Shown here in pieces: positions 39,371 through 51,299 of a stretch of 64,000 nucleotides of DNA. Source of the stretch: Leucoraja ocellata (Eukaryota). Position 1 is the stretch's first letter. Every line of letters begins with the position of its first letter. Where the stretch lies: NCBI GenBank assembly GCA_036785375.1, contig JAWMAR010000175.1:1178001-1242000 (forward strand), in the 5' to 3' direction. The notes under the pieces are model-generated. The model ran no database searches. It worked only from the letters and a program-made list of their open reading frames with translations, and was not told the origin of the DNA. A program made the translations under genes and the position numbers.

Positions 39371-40599
39371 TTTTCAGGAGACCATTTAATTAGTTTAATT
39401 GTTAATTTCTAACAATTGGCAGCCACACTGAAATACTGCTTTAGACAGCTATCGTTAATGGCTAACCTCAATGTGTACACACTGGTCAGATTACAGATGA
39501 CCAGATAACATTTGGAANNNNNNNNNNNNNNNNNNNNNNNNNNNNNNNNNNNNNNNNNNNNNNNNNNNNNNNNNNNNNNNNNNNNNNNNNNNNNNNNNNN
39601 NNNNNNNNNNNNNNNNNNNNNNNNNNNNNNNNNNNNNNNNNNNNNNNNNNNNNNNNNNNNNNNNNNNNNNNNNNNNNNNNNNNNNNNNNNNNNNNNNNNN
39701 NNNNNNNNNNNNNNNNNNNNNNNNNNNNNAGTGGATGTGATTGGAGTGTGCGTGTGCATGGAATGTGAGTGTGTCTGGATGTGAGGGTGAGTGTGGGTGC
39801 CAGTGTGGGTGCGAGTGTGAGTATGGGTGTGGGCGCGAGTGGGTATGAGTGTGAGTATGTGTGGAGTGTGGGTGTGTGTGTGTGTGTGCATAGATGCCTG
39901 TACATAGATGCATAGACAATAGGTGCAGGAGTAGGCCATTCGACCTTTCGAGCCAGTACCGCCATTCATTGTGATCATGGCTGACAATCCACAATCAGTA
40001 CCCTGTTCCTGCCTTCTCCCCATATCCCTTGACTCCGCTAACCCTAGGAGTTCTCTCTTTTTGAATGCATCCAGTGAATCGGAGAATTCCACAAATTCAC
40101 AACTCTCTGGGTGAAAATATTTTTCCTCATCTCAGTTCTAAATGGCCTACCCCTCATTTTTAAACTGTGGCATTTGGTTCTGGACTCCCCCAAAATTGTG
40201 AACATGTTTCCTGCCTCTCGCATGTCCAATCCCTTAATAATTTTATATGTTTCTATAAGAATCCCTCTCATCCTTCTAAATTCCAGTGAATGCAAGCCCA
40301 GTCGTTCCATTCTTTCATTACAACTGCAGAAGGACCTCCTTGCTCCTATACTCAACTCCTCTCATTATGAAGGCAAACATGCCATTAGCTTTCTTCGCTG
40401 CCTGCTGTACCTGCATGGAGAGTGAGTAGAGCGTGAGTCTCGATGTGAGTGTGGATGTGTGTGTGAGTGTGAGGGAGTGTGAGTGTGAGGGGAATGTGAG
40501 TGTGTATGTGAGAGTGTGAGGGGACTATGAGTGGGTGTGAGTGTGTGTGTGTGTGAGTGACTCTGTGTGTACGCAAGTCCGGTCAATGTTACAGACAGT

Positions 40600-41822
40600 A
40601 CCCGGACGTGGCGCTGACGGACGAGAAGCCGAAGCAAAGAAGTGGAAGCCAAAGAACTGAATGAAAACGAGTCCGAAACGCCAATAAACCAAAAGAGTGC
40701 GAAGACAATTTGCCTACTAACCGAAAGGATGGGACGCCTAAATGCAAACTATCCGAATGGGCGGGACCTAAAATCCAACGAACTGAAAAGCTGCGTCACC
40801 TAAAAGCAAACTTACCGAATGGCCGCTCTGTTGAAACGCCATGTACCCGAAAAGCGGCGTCACCTACAGGCCAAAGGACCGACTGGTGCAGGATTTGTCA
40901 GCAATTGGTCCAGACGCCCGCATCCATCACATCACTGTGGAGGGATGAACATTGTCCCGCACCTCTGCTGCACCCGACAGGCAGCCCGCAGAGGGTTTCA
41001 CAGTGCCTTCATTTTCACACGGACCACTGCTAGTTTTTGATTAATTAACTGGTGGCATTATTTCCCTGTCCTAATGGCCTTTGGTTTAGCTGGTGATTAC
41101 ATCCACTCCATCCCTCCCTCGCAAAGATGTAAGATTGAGAGAGGCGGAGAGAGAAAAGGGAGGGAGAGAGAAGAGGGGAGGAGGAGAGAGAGAAGGGGGA
41201 GAGAGAGAAGGGGGAGAGAGAGAAGGGAGAGAGAGAGAGGGGGGAGAGAGAGAAGGGGGAGACTGGACCATGGGGTTCCTTTTCCAACACAAGCCATAGG
41301 TGACTGGGCAAACTGAACCCAAGCACCAAGTTGAAAGCGGCCGAAGGTGCGCATCCCTCGGGACAGCCCCCACTCTCCCACGGCCACCCTCCGCGGGCTG
41401 CAGGTCGGGTGGAGCGGAGGTGCGGAACAATGTTCATCCCTCCACAGTGATGTGATGGACGCGGGGGTCTGGGCCAATCGCTGACAAATCCCGCCCCCCG
41501 GCAACATCATGTCCTTTATTGGACTTTTCTGTTGAGCGGCAGTCGGTCCTTTGGCCTGTAGGCGACGCCGTCTTTCGGGTAAGTGGCGTTTCAACAGAGC
41601 GGCCATTCGGTAAGTTTGCTTTTAGGTGACGCAGGTTTTCGGTTCAATGGCTTTTAGGCATCCCGCCCTTTCGGTTAGTTTGCATTTAGGCGTCCCATCC
41701 TTTCGGTTAGTAGGCGTTTGTCCGTACTCTTTCTGTTTATTGGCGTTTCGGCCTCGCTTCCATTCGGTTCTTTGGCTTCGACTTCTTTGCTTCGGCTTCT
41801 CCTCCGTCGGTGCCACGTCCAC
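40600..41822. mobile_element. Foldback-like element with ~390-bp imperfect terminal inverted repeats
   Basis: 40600-40990 is the reverse complement of about 41395-41822 (ORFs 40819+ and 41097- both give MAALLKRH.PE.RR.LQAKGPT). The spacer contains a GA-rich repeat. Confidence 0.8.
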
Positions 41823-42088
41823 ACACGGCTACAGAGGGCAGCACGGCCTCTTTTGCCTTGTTGTGGGGGTGTTTTACTTGGGGGGTGGGGGGTAACGTTC
41901 TGATGTGCGGGGTTCCTGTGACGATGTGGAGCTGCATTCCACTTTAAATGTCGTTTGATCTAAACTGTTTTTCTTGCAGCGTTTTTCTGGATTGAAGCAT
42001 GAGCAAGTAGTTAGCAATCGGCATGACATGCGTGTTTATGAGTGATGCCATATTCAGATGCGGACAGCTGTGAACTCGAGTGACCGAC

Positions 42089-42146
42089 ATGTTTCCATGG
42101 ACAGCCTGCTTCTGTGTTTTTGCCATTTTTCAACTCATAAGAGCAG
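42089..42146 (+). CDS. HHLA2: B7-H7/HHLA2-like gene, leader exon (MFPWTACFCVFAIFQLIRA)
   Basis: First ATG after an in-frame stop, hydrophobic signal peptide, CAG|gtac phase-1 donor, and an upstream acceptor tttttcttgcag at about 41978. Confidence 0.7.
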
Positions 42147-42279
42147 GTACCAATCTACTTTCCTGATGTTTTGTGTGGGCATTACTAACTTTACCTTGTT
42201 GATGGTGTAAGTGGGAATAGTGATAAACTGGCACATTGCTAAAGGGTTTAAAACAGTTGGAACAGGGTTATACGGTTGG

Positions 42280-43690
42280 TTAGGCCGTACTTGGAGTATT
42301 GTGTTCAGTTTTAGGCACCCTACTATAGGAAGGATGTTGTTCAACTGCAAAGGGTGCAGAGAAGATTTATGAGGCTGTACCTTAGACTCGAGAGCCTGAG
42401 CTACAGGGAGAGGTTGAGCAGGCTAGGACTTTATTCCTTGGAGCACAGGAGGATGAGGGGTGATCTTATCGAGGTATCTTGACCAAAACTCAAAGTGCTG
42501 GAGGACCTCAGTGGGTCATTGATCCATAGACAATAGGTGCAGGAGTTGGCCATTTGGCCCTTCGAGCCAGCACCGCCATTCAATATGATCATACAAAATC
42601 ACTACTCCTTTCCTGCTTTCCCCCCATAACCATTGATTCCTTTTGCCCGATGAGCTAAATCTAACTCTTTCTTGAAAACATCCAGTGAATTGGCCTCCAC
42701 TGCCTTTTGTGACAGAGAATTCCACAGATTCACAACTCTCTGGGTGAAATTGTTTTTCCTCATCTCAGTCCTAAATGGCCTACTCCTTTCTTAAACTGTG
42801 ACCCCTGGTTCTGGACTCCCCCAACATGGGGAACATTATTCCTGCATCTAGCCTGTCCAATCCCTTAAGAATTTTATATGTTTCTATAAGATCTCCTCTC
42901 ATCTTTCTAAATTCCAGTGAATATAAGCCCAGTCGATCCATTATTTCATCATATGTCATCTTCTTTCATCAAATGTGGAGGGAATGGGCAGGTGATGTTC
43001 AGGACCTTCTTCAGACCCTTTGTGTTACATTTAGTTTAGAGTTCTCAGAATTCCACCTCCGTTGCATACAAGGATTTCAGTATAAGAGCAGGGAGGTTCT
43101 ACTGCAGTTGTACAGGGTCTTGGTGAGACCACACCTGGAGTATTGCGTACAGTTTTGGTCGCCTAATCTGAGGAAAGACATTCTTGCCATAGAGGGAGTG
43201 CAGAGAAGGTTCACCAGACTGATTCCTGGGATGGCAGGACTTTCATATGAGGAAAGACTGGTTAGACTCGGCTTGTACACGTTGGAATTCAGAAGACTGA
43301 GGGGGGATCTTATAGAAACTTACAAAATTCTTAAGGGGTTGGACAGGCTAGACGCAGGAAGATTATTCCCGATGTTGGGGAAGTCCAGAACAAGGGGTCA
43401 CAGTTTAAGGATAAGAGGGAAGACCTTTAGGACCGAGATGAGGAAAACATTTTTCACACAGAGTGGTGAATCTCTGGAATTCTCTGCCACAGAAGGTAGT
43501 TGAGGCCAGTTCATTGGCTATATTTAAGAGGGAGTTAGATGTAGCCCTTGTGGCTAAAGGGATCAGGGGGTATGGAGAGAAGGCAGGGATGGGATACTGC
43601 GTTGGATGATCAGCCACGATCATATCAAATGGCGGTGCAGGCTCGAAGGGCCGAATGGGTTACTCCTGCACCTATTTTCTATGTTTCTAT
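42280..43690. mobile_element. Cluster of CR1 3' fragments in both orientations
   Basis: ORFs 42516-42725 and 42826-43503; tails ending ttctatg. Confidence 0.85.
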
Positions 43691-44324
43691 GTAAGAGTAC
43701 AGCACAGGCCCTTCGGCCCACAATGTATGTGCCGAACATAATGCCAAACAGACCTTATCCTATCCCTCTATTCCCTGCACCTCTATGTGCCGATCTAAAA
43801 GCCTCTTCAATACTACTGATGTATGTGCCACCACCAGCATCCCTGGCAGCAGGTTCTGGGCACCCACCACCCTCTGTGTAAAAACTTCCCCCCACCCCCC
43901 CCCCCCCCCATCACCATATGGCTATGCTTAATATAGTTCTCTGATTAGAGTCAAGGCCAGTACGTTCTGTTTATCCCCTCTATCCATCTCAAAATAGTGC
44001 TCCAGCCTGCGGAACAGCAGCACAATAGTAGTGCCGCTGCCTCAGCACCTGGGTTCGATCATGACCTCGGGTGCTGCTGTCTGTGTGGAGTTTGCACGTT
44101 CTCATTGTAACCACAAATGTCTCCTCCAGGTGCCCCGGTTTCCTCCCACATCACAAGACGTGCGTGTTTGTAGGTTAATTGGCCCTGTAAATTGTGCTAG
44201 TGTGTAGGGAGTGGCTGAGAAATTGGGATAGGATAGAATGAGTGTGAACGGGTGATCGATGGTCAGAATGGACTCAGTGGGCTGAAGGGCCTGTTTCCGT
44301 GCTGTATCTCTGAACTAAAGTAAG

Positions 44325-46955
44325 GGAAGATATTACAGCAGTGCTTTGGCAGGATAGGTTAGAGGGCTCGTCTAGGGAGGCTATTTGGGTGGAACTGAGA
44401 AATGGGAAAGGTGTAGCAACACTTATAGGGGTGTATTATAGACCGTCTAATTGGACCGAGAATTGGAAGAGCAAATATGTAAGGAGATAGCAGATCTTAG
44501 TAGTAAGCACAAGGTAGTGATTGTGGGAGATTTCAATTTTCCACACATAGACTGGGAAACACATTCTGTAAATGGGCTGGATGGTTTGGAGTTTGTAAAA
44601 TGTGTGCAGGATAGTTTTTTGCAGCAATACATAGAGGTACCTACTAGAGGAGGTTTCCTGTTAGGAAATGAGACAGGTCAGGTGGCAGAGGTATGCATTG
44701 GGGAGCACTTCGGGTCCAGTGATCACAATACCATCAGTTTCAATATAATTATGGAGAAGGTCAGAACTGGACCAAGGGTTGAGATTTTTGATTGGAGAAA
44801 GGCTAACTTTGAGGAGATGCGAAAGGATTTCAAAGGAGTAAATTGGGACATTTTGTTTTATGAGAAGGATGTAGAAGAGAAATGGAGAAATATTAAGGTG
44901 AAATTTTAAGAGTACAGAATCTTTATGTCCATGTTCTGTTGAATGGAAATAGTAAAAATTGGAATGAGCCATGGTTTTCAAGGGAAATTGGACACTTGGT
45001 TCAGAAAAAGAGAGAGATCTACAATAATTATAGGCAGCATGGAGTAAATGAGGTGCTTGGGGAGTATAAAGAATGTAAAACGAATCTTAAGAAAGAAATT
45101 AGAAAAGCTAAAAGAAGATATGAAGTTGCTTTGGCAAGTAAGGTGAAAGTGAATCCAAAGGGTTTCTACAGCTATATTAATAGCAAAAGGATAACGAGGG
45201 ATAACATTGGTCCATTAGAGAGTCAGAGTGGACAGCTATCTGCAGAGCCAAAAGAGATGGGAGAGATATTGAACAATTTCTTTTCTTCGGTATTCACCAA
45301 GGAGAAGGATATTGAATTATGTGAGGTAAGGGAAACAAGTAGAGTAGCTATGGAAACTATGAGGGTCAAAGAAGAGAAAGAACTGACACTTTTGAAAAAT
45401 GTAAAAGTGGATAAGTCTCCAGGTCCGGACAGGATATTCCCTAGGACATTGAGGGAAGTTAGTGTAGAAATAGCAGGGGCTATGACAGAAATATTTCAAA
45501 TGTCATTAGAAACGGGAATGGTGCCGGAGGATTGGCGTACTGCGCATGTTGTTCCATTGTTTAAAAAGGGGTCTAAGAGTAAACCTAGCAATTATAGACC
45601 TGTTTGTTTGACGTCAGTGGTGGGCAAATTAATGGAAAGAATACGTAGAGATAATATATATAAGCATCTGGATAAACAGGGTCTGATTAGGAACAGTCAA
45701 CATGGATTTGTGCCTGGAAGGTCATGTTTGACTGATCTTCTTGAATTTTTTGAAGAGGTTACTAGGGAAATTGATGAGGGTAAAGTGGTGGTTGTTGTCT
45801 ATATGGACTTCAGTAAGGCCTTTGACAAGGTTCCTCATGGAAGGTTGGTTAAGAAGGTTCAATTGTTGGGTATTAATAGTGGTGTTGCAAGATGGATTCA
45901 ACAGTGGCTGAATGGGAGATACCAGAGAGTAATGGTGGATAACTGTTTGTCAGGTTGGAGGCCGGTGACTAGTGGGGTGCCACAGCGATCTGCGTTGGGT
46001 CCATTGTTGTACATCAATGATCTGGATGATGGTGTGGTAAACTGGATTAGTAAGTATGCAGATGATACTAAGATAGGTGGTGTTGTGGATAATGAAGTAG
46101 ATTTTCAAAGTCTACAGAGAGATTTAGGCCATTTGGAAGAGTGGGCTGAAAGATGGCAGATGGAGTTTAATGCTGATAAGTGTGAGGTGCTACATCTTGG
46201 CAGGACAAATCAAAATAGGACGTACATAGTAAATGGTAACGAATTGCAGTTGAACAGAGGGATCTAGGAATAACTGTGCATAGTTCCCTGAAGGTGGAAT
46301 CTCATGTAGATAGGGTGGTAAAGAAAGCTTTTGGTATGCTGGCCTTTATAAATCAAAGCATTGAGTACAGTAGTTGGGATGTAATGTTAAAATTGTACAA
46401 GGCATTGGTGAGGCCAATTCTGGAGTATGGTGTACAATTTTGGTCACCAAATTATAGGAAAGATGTCAACAAAATAGAGATAGTACAGAGGAGATTTACT
46501 AGAATGTTGCCAGAGTTTCAGAGAAAGGTTGAACAAGATAGGTCATTATTCTTTGGAGCGCAGAAGGTTAAGGGAGGACTTGATAGAGGTCTTTAAAATT
46601 ATGAGAGGGATAGACAGAGTTGACGTGGATAAGCTTTTTCCATTGAGAATAGGAAAGATTCAAACAAGGGGACATGATTTGAGAATTAAGGGACAAATGT
46701 TTAGGGGTAACATGAGGGGAAACATCTTTACTCAGAGAGTGCTAGCTGTGTGGAATGAGCTTCCAGTGGAAGTGGTGGAGGCAGGTTTGATTTTATCATT
46801 TAAAAATAAATTGGATAGGTATATGGATGGGAAAGGAATGGAGGGTTATGGTCTGAGTGTAGGTAGATGGGATTAGGGGAGAGTAAGTGTTCGGCACGGA
46901 CTAGAAGGGCCGAGATGGCCTGTTTCCATGCTGTAATTGTTATGTGTTATATGGT
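44325..46955 (+). mobile_element. Long CR1 LINE ORF2 (endonuclease C-terminal part and RT), frameshifted
   Basis: YRP, VGDFNFP, SDHN; KSPGPD, NYRPV, QHGF, YMDFSKAFDKV, SKYADD, LVRPILEYG; (TATGT)-like tail. Confidence 0.95.
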
Positions 46956-47041
46956 TATATGGATGGTTGTGAATCGTGCTCCCGTTGATGCAGGAGATAC
47001 GTTTCCCATTAGTAACGGTCAACATGGCGGTTTGCTTGCAG

Positions 47042-47368
47042 GTACGAGCTTGGTAGCCGTGGTCTCCAGAGACGTGGTCCTGCCCTGTACATTCCAACCA
47101 GCCCCTCTGCCGGAGATTGTGCTGCACTGGATGTATAATGTGGGCCAAAATACCCAGGTGGTGCACAGCTTTTACCGAGGAGTAGATCAGCTGCGTAACC
47201 AGGACCCACACTACAAGGGAAGGACTGAACTTTTCCACCGTGAGATAGCGAGAGGGAATGCGTCGCTCCGTCTGACGGCCGTCAACATCCACGACGAGAG
47301 ATTGTACCAGTGTTACGTCAGCACCTCAGGAGGGAAGGTGGAGACCGACGTCAACCTGCAAGTGGCTG
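47042..47368 (+). CDS. HHLA2: B7-H7/HHLA2-like gene, first IgV exon (B7/butyrophilin-type V)
   Basis: ttgcag acceptor, G|gtcag donor, 327 nt, phase 1-1. DVVLPCTF..IVLHW..VVHSFY.G.DQL..QDPHYKGRTELF..EI.RGNASLRL..V...DE..YQCYV. Confidence 0.92.
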
Positions 47369-47404
47369 GTCAGAACCTCATTTATATGTGTGTCAGTCCT
47401 GTTT

Positions 47405-48937
47405 AGGGTCTGTCCCACTTGGCCGTTATTTGCGCCCCATTTACACGTCATATGTAAAATAGGTCGACGAGTCGTGATGCTCGACATCGCACGCAAATTA
47501 CACGTCTTCATGCGTCAGCACAGCCGTCTGTTGCACGTGATGTAATTGGAATACCCTGCTTCCCTATTCTGCAGCATGACCATCAAGATACAAGATACAA
47601 GATACAATTTATTTGTCATTTGGACCCCTTGAGGTCCAAACGAAATGCCGTTTCTGCAGCCATACATTACAAACAAATAGACCCAAGACACAACATAATT
47701 TACATAAACATCCATCACATTGCTGTGATGGAAAGCCAAAAAAACTTATCTCTCCACTGCACTCCCCCCCCCCCCCCCCATGTCAAAGTCAAAGCCCCCG
47801 GCTGCCGATGGCGATTGTCCCGCGGCCATTAAAGCCGGTCGCACACCGGGTTCTTGATGTTGGAGCCCCCGGCGTGCGCTCGCAGAGTCCCGCAGCCATT
47901 CCAAGCCGTGCGGGGCAGTGCTGTAAGGCCCCGCTGCAGGAGCTCTTCGACCCCGCAACTCGGGCGGGAGAAGTCGCCGTTGCGGGAGCCCTGAAAAGCG
48001 GTCTCCCTCCAGGGACCTGCGGGCTCCCGGTGCCGCCGTCCGCCAGACCCGCAGTTGCAGCCTCCGAATCTCCGGAGGTCGGGCCGCAGCAGCGCTCCAC
48101 CACCACTCCACCCGCTCCAGACTCGGCCAGCTCCGCGACGGTGAGGTGAGTCGTCGGCACCAGAGTCCCCGGTCTTCCTGTTGGAGGCCGCTCCTCGTTG
48201 CAGCCCCAACGACAACGGAGACCCGACAAAGAAAAGGTCGGGTCTCCCGTGCAGGGAGAGATTTAAAAGTTACCCCCTCCCTCCCACCCCACCCCCACCC
48301 CCCCCACACACACACCCCAACAAAAAATAACAAAAACTACATAAAAACATAGACAAAAAATAATAAAAACGCAGACGGGCTGCAGAGGCCGCTGCTGACG
48401 AGAGTCGCGCCGCCTACCGGCCGCCTAAGCAAAAACCTGGAATCATGGAAGAACTACAGACAACAACAGAGACTTCTGTTAGCAGCCCTCCTACTTACAG
48501 ATCAGCCAGGCAGGAGTACAACAAGAAAGGCTAGCAAGAAACCCAGGAAGAGGTCTGTGTGGACGAGGTTAGAGGTTACATGATGCGTAAAAGGCGGGCC
48601 GACTGCGTATGGGCAGCGCAGATCGTCGCATGTTTATGGACGTTGACGCACGGTAACGTAACCATGCATCACCACGCAATAGAGCGTGCGACACCAATGC
48701 GTCAGCGTGCGTAGCCAATGCGCCAGCGATACGTCACGCAGGTGGCGCACGAGGATTTCGTTACATTACGAAATCCTGGAGCGCCGCGTGATACGTGCGC
48801 CACTGCATGCGATTCCACGCCTCGCCATGCACAATGCGTGCTTCACCCGCGCGCACCCCACGCGTCACGACACGTCGACCTATTTTACATATGACCCGTA
48901 AATGAGGCGCAAATGACAGCCAAGTGGGACAGGCCCT
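47405..48937. mobile_element. Harbinger-like non-autonomous element interrupted by a ~840-bp retroelement 3' fragment (about 47585-48425, - strand)
   Basis: ~65-bp TIRs AGGG(T/C)CTGTCCCACTTGGC...GTCATATGTAAAATAGGTCGAC in a TTA context; the insert starts with (CAAGATA)3 and tttatt. Confidence 0.75.
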
Positions 48938-50334
48938 TTAGAGTCATCCAGTCACACAGCATGGGAACAGGCCCTTCTGCCCAACATGCCCCTGCCAACC
49001 AACATGCCCCATCTACACTAATCCCACCTGCCCGAGTTTGGCCCATATCCCTCTTAACCTCTCCTATCCATGTACCTGGCCAAATGTCTTCCAAGTCGAG
49101 TGTTGACAAATGTCATTGTAAAGGATCAATAAAGTATCAAAAAACAAATGCAGAGCAAAGTAAAACTGAATAAAACACATGGCAGGGGCTGGGACAGGGG
49201 AGGTTCAGTTGGTGCCTGTGTAGGAAGGAACTACAGATATTGGTTCATACACAAGATAGACACACAATGCTGGAGTAACTCAGTGGGACAGGCATCATCT
49301 CTGGAGAGAAGGAGTGGCTGATCTTTCGGATCGAGACCCTTCTTCAGACTGAAGTTTGTAATTGATTTGTGCCCCTTTCTGTCTACAAAACAAGCACTGC
49401 TCTGAATAAAGTCTGAGGAAGGGTCTCGACCCAAAGTGTCACCCGTTCCTACTCTCCATAGATGCTGCCTGTCCCGCTGAGTTACTCCATCATTTTGTGT
49501 CTATCTTCAGTTGGTACCTGGCGGAATGTGCCGGAGAACCCAGGAAGCTGCCTGCCGTTGATACGGGGGAGCACTGGGGAGGGAGATGTAGAGGCCAGGT
49601 CGGCACAGACTGAGCTGACCACAGCCTGGCTTGCTGCTCTTCACCAATGCAGTTTGTGTGGAAGGGGAAAGGTGGGCTGCGCTGATGGAGGGGGCAACTT
49701 TCAACGCTACTCCCCTGGAAAGTGGAAGCAGAGCTAATGAGACCAGGACAGGGAAGCTGTGTCTTTCCTTGAGGGTTGAGTTGGCCACGATAGATTGTGG
49801 GCTGTTAGTTCGAGGGTTGGCGATAGATTGTCAAAGTGAAACATTTAAAAAGCATCGTAACGATTCTTCATTCCTGTTTGGCACCAAAATCGAACAGGGA
49901 AGGGCAAATTTATTTGGAAAGCGATGACTTGACTGTTTTTCTCTGGGATTAATTGTTTTACGAGAACCAGCATGGGAATGCGGCAATAATGCATATTGTA
50001 CTTCGAACAGATTGAAAAATAATTTACAAATCTCAGTCAAACATTACCAGCTTTCGCATTCGATTTGGTTAATTTTCTCCTGAACCTTGAACACCTTGAT
50101 CTTCTTATCGAGTTCATACACAAGATTAGAAGTTGTTCAGCCAGCCTTGTCGCTTCTTGTTGCTTCTTGTGGTGGTGGTGGTGGTGGAAACAGGGCCGCG
50201 ACGTGAATGCTCTTTCCTTGACCCCACAAGTGGACGACAACTTGTATTATCTCGTTCATCCCAACACACTATCCTTTCTCATTCTCACTATCTTAATCAT
50301 GACCAATTTGTGCACATGCCCCTGGAGAAACTAA

Positions 50335-50925
50335 CATCCCCCAGTCTATCGACTCATCACCCACACCAAATCCTGGCATCACATCACTCCAGTCCTCAAA
50401 CAACTTCACTGGCTTCCCATCTCCCACCGGATCACCTACAAAATCCTGATCCTCAATTACAAAGCCCTCCACCATCTGCCCCCCCCCCATATCTCACTGA
50501 CCTCCTCTTCCCCCTACCAACCCTCACGGTCCCTCAGATCCACATCAGCCGGTCTCCTCTCCATCCACAAATCCAACCTCCGCAGTTTTGGGGGCAGAGC
50601 CTTCTCCAGGGCAGCTCCCAGGCTCTGGAACTCCCTCCCCCAACAGATCCGCAATTCCGTGTCCCTCACCATCTTCCAGTCCCACCTCAAGACCCATCTC
50701 TTCACCTCTGCCTATCCTTAGCCCCACGTCCCCCTCCCTTTTCATCTGTGCTTGAATTGCCTCATATTGTGTTTTGGATTTGAATTCTGTCTTTACTTTG
50801 TGTACTAGTCATGTCTCTACTATTTATTTCATTCCCCTTACATGTTTGTCCTCTACCTGCTAAAGGTTTCTAAGGTGTCCTTGAGACTCTTGAAAGGCGC
50901 CCATAAATAAAATGTATTATTATCC
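50335..50925 (+). mobile_element. L2-clade LINE 3' end
   Basis: Reads HITPVLKQLHWLPISHRITYKIL...FGGRAFSRAAPRLWNSLPQQIR...FQSHLKTHLF, then aaaggcgcccataaataaaatgtattatta. Confidence 0.85.
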
Positions 50926-50962
50926 CTGGTGGCAGGTCTTTGCCTTGCAGTTTTTCAGTAGC

Positions 50963-51270
50963 TCAGTGGTGCAGCGGTAGAGTTGCTGCCACACAGCGCC
51001 AGAGACCCGGGTTGGACCATGACTAGGGGTGCTTGTCTGTACAGAGTTTGTACGTTCTCCCCGTGACCCACGTGGGTTTTCTCCGAGATCTTCAGTTTCC
51101 TCCCATAGGTTTGTAGGTTAATTGGCTTGGTGTAAGTGTATAAATGTAAAATTGTCCTGAGTGTGTGTGTGTGTGTGTGTGTGGGATAGTGTTAATGTGC
51201 GGGGATCGCTGGTCGGTGCTGACTCAGCGGGCCGAGGGGCCTGTTTCCACACTGTATCTCTAAACTAAAC
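50963..51270 (+). mobile_element. HE1-type SINE
   Basis: gtggtgcagcggtagagttgctgcc head and aaactaaac tail. Confidence 0.8.
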
Positions 51271-51299
51271 CAAGTAAAGAACAAGGCTACAATTCATTG

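Noticed and set aside
47613-48333. GC-rich overlapping ORFs inside an HHLA2 intron
   Set aside because: They lie within a repeat insert, and open frames on both strands reflect GC content rather than a recognisable protein.
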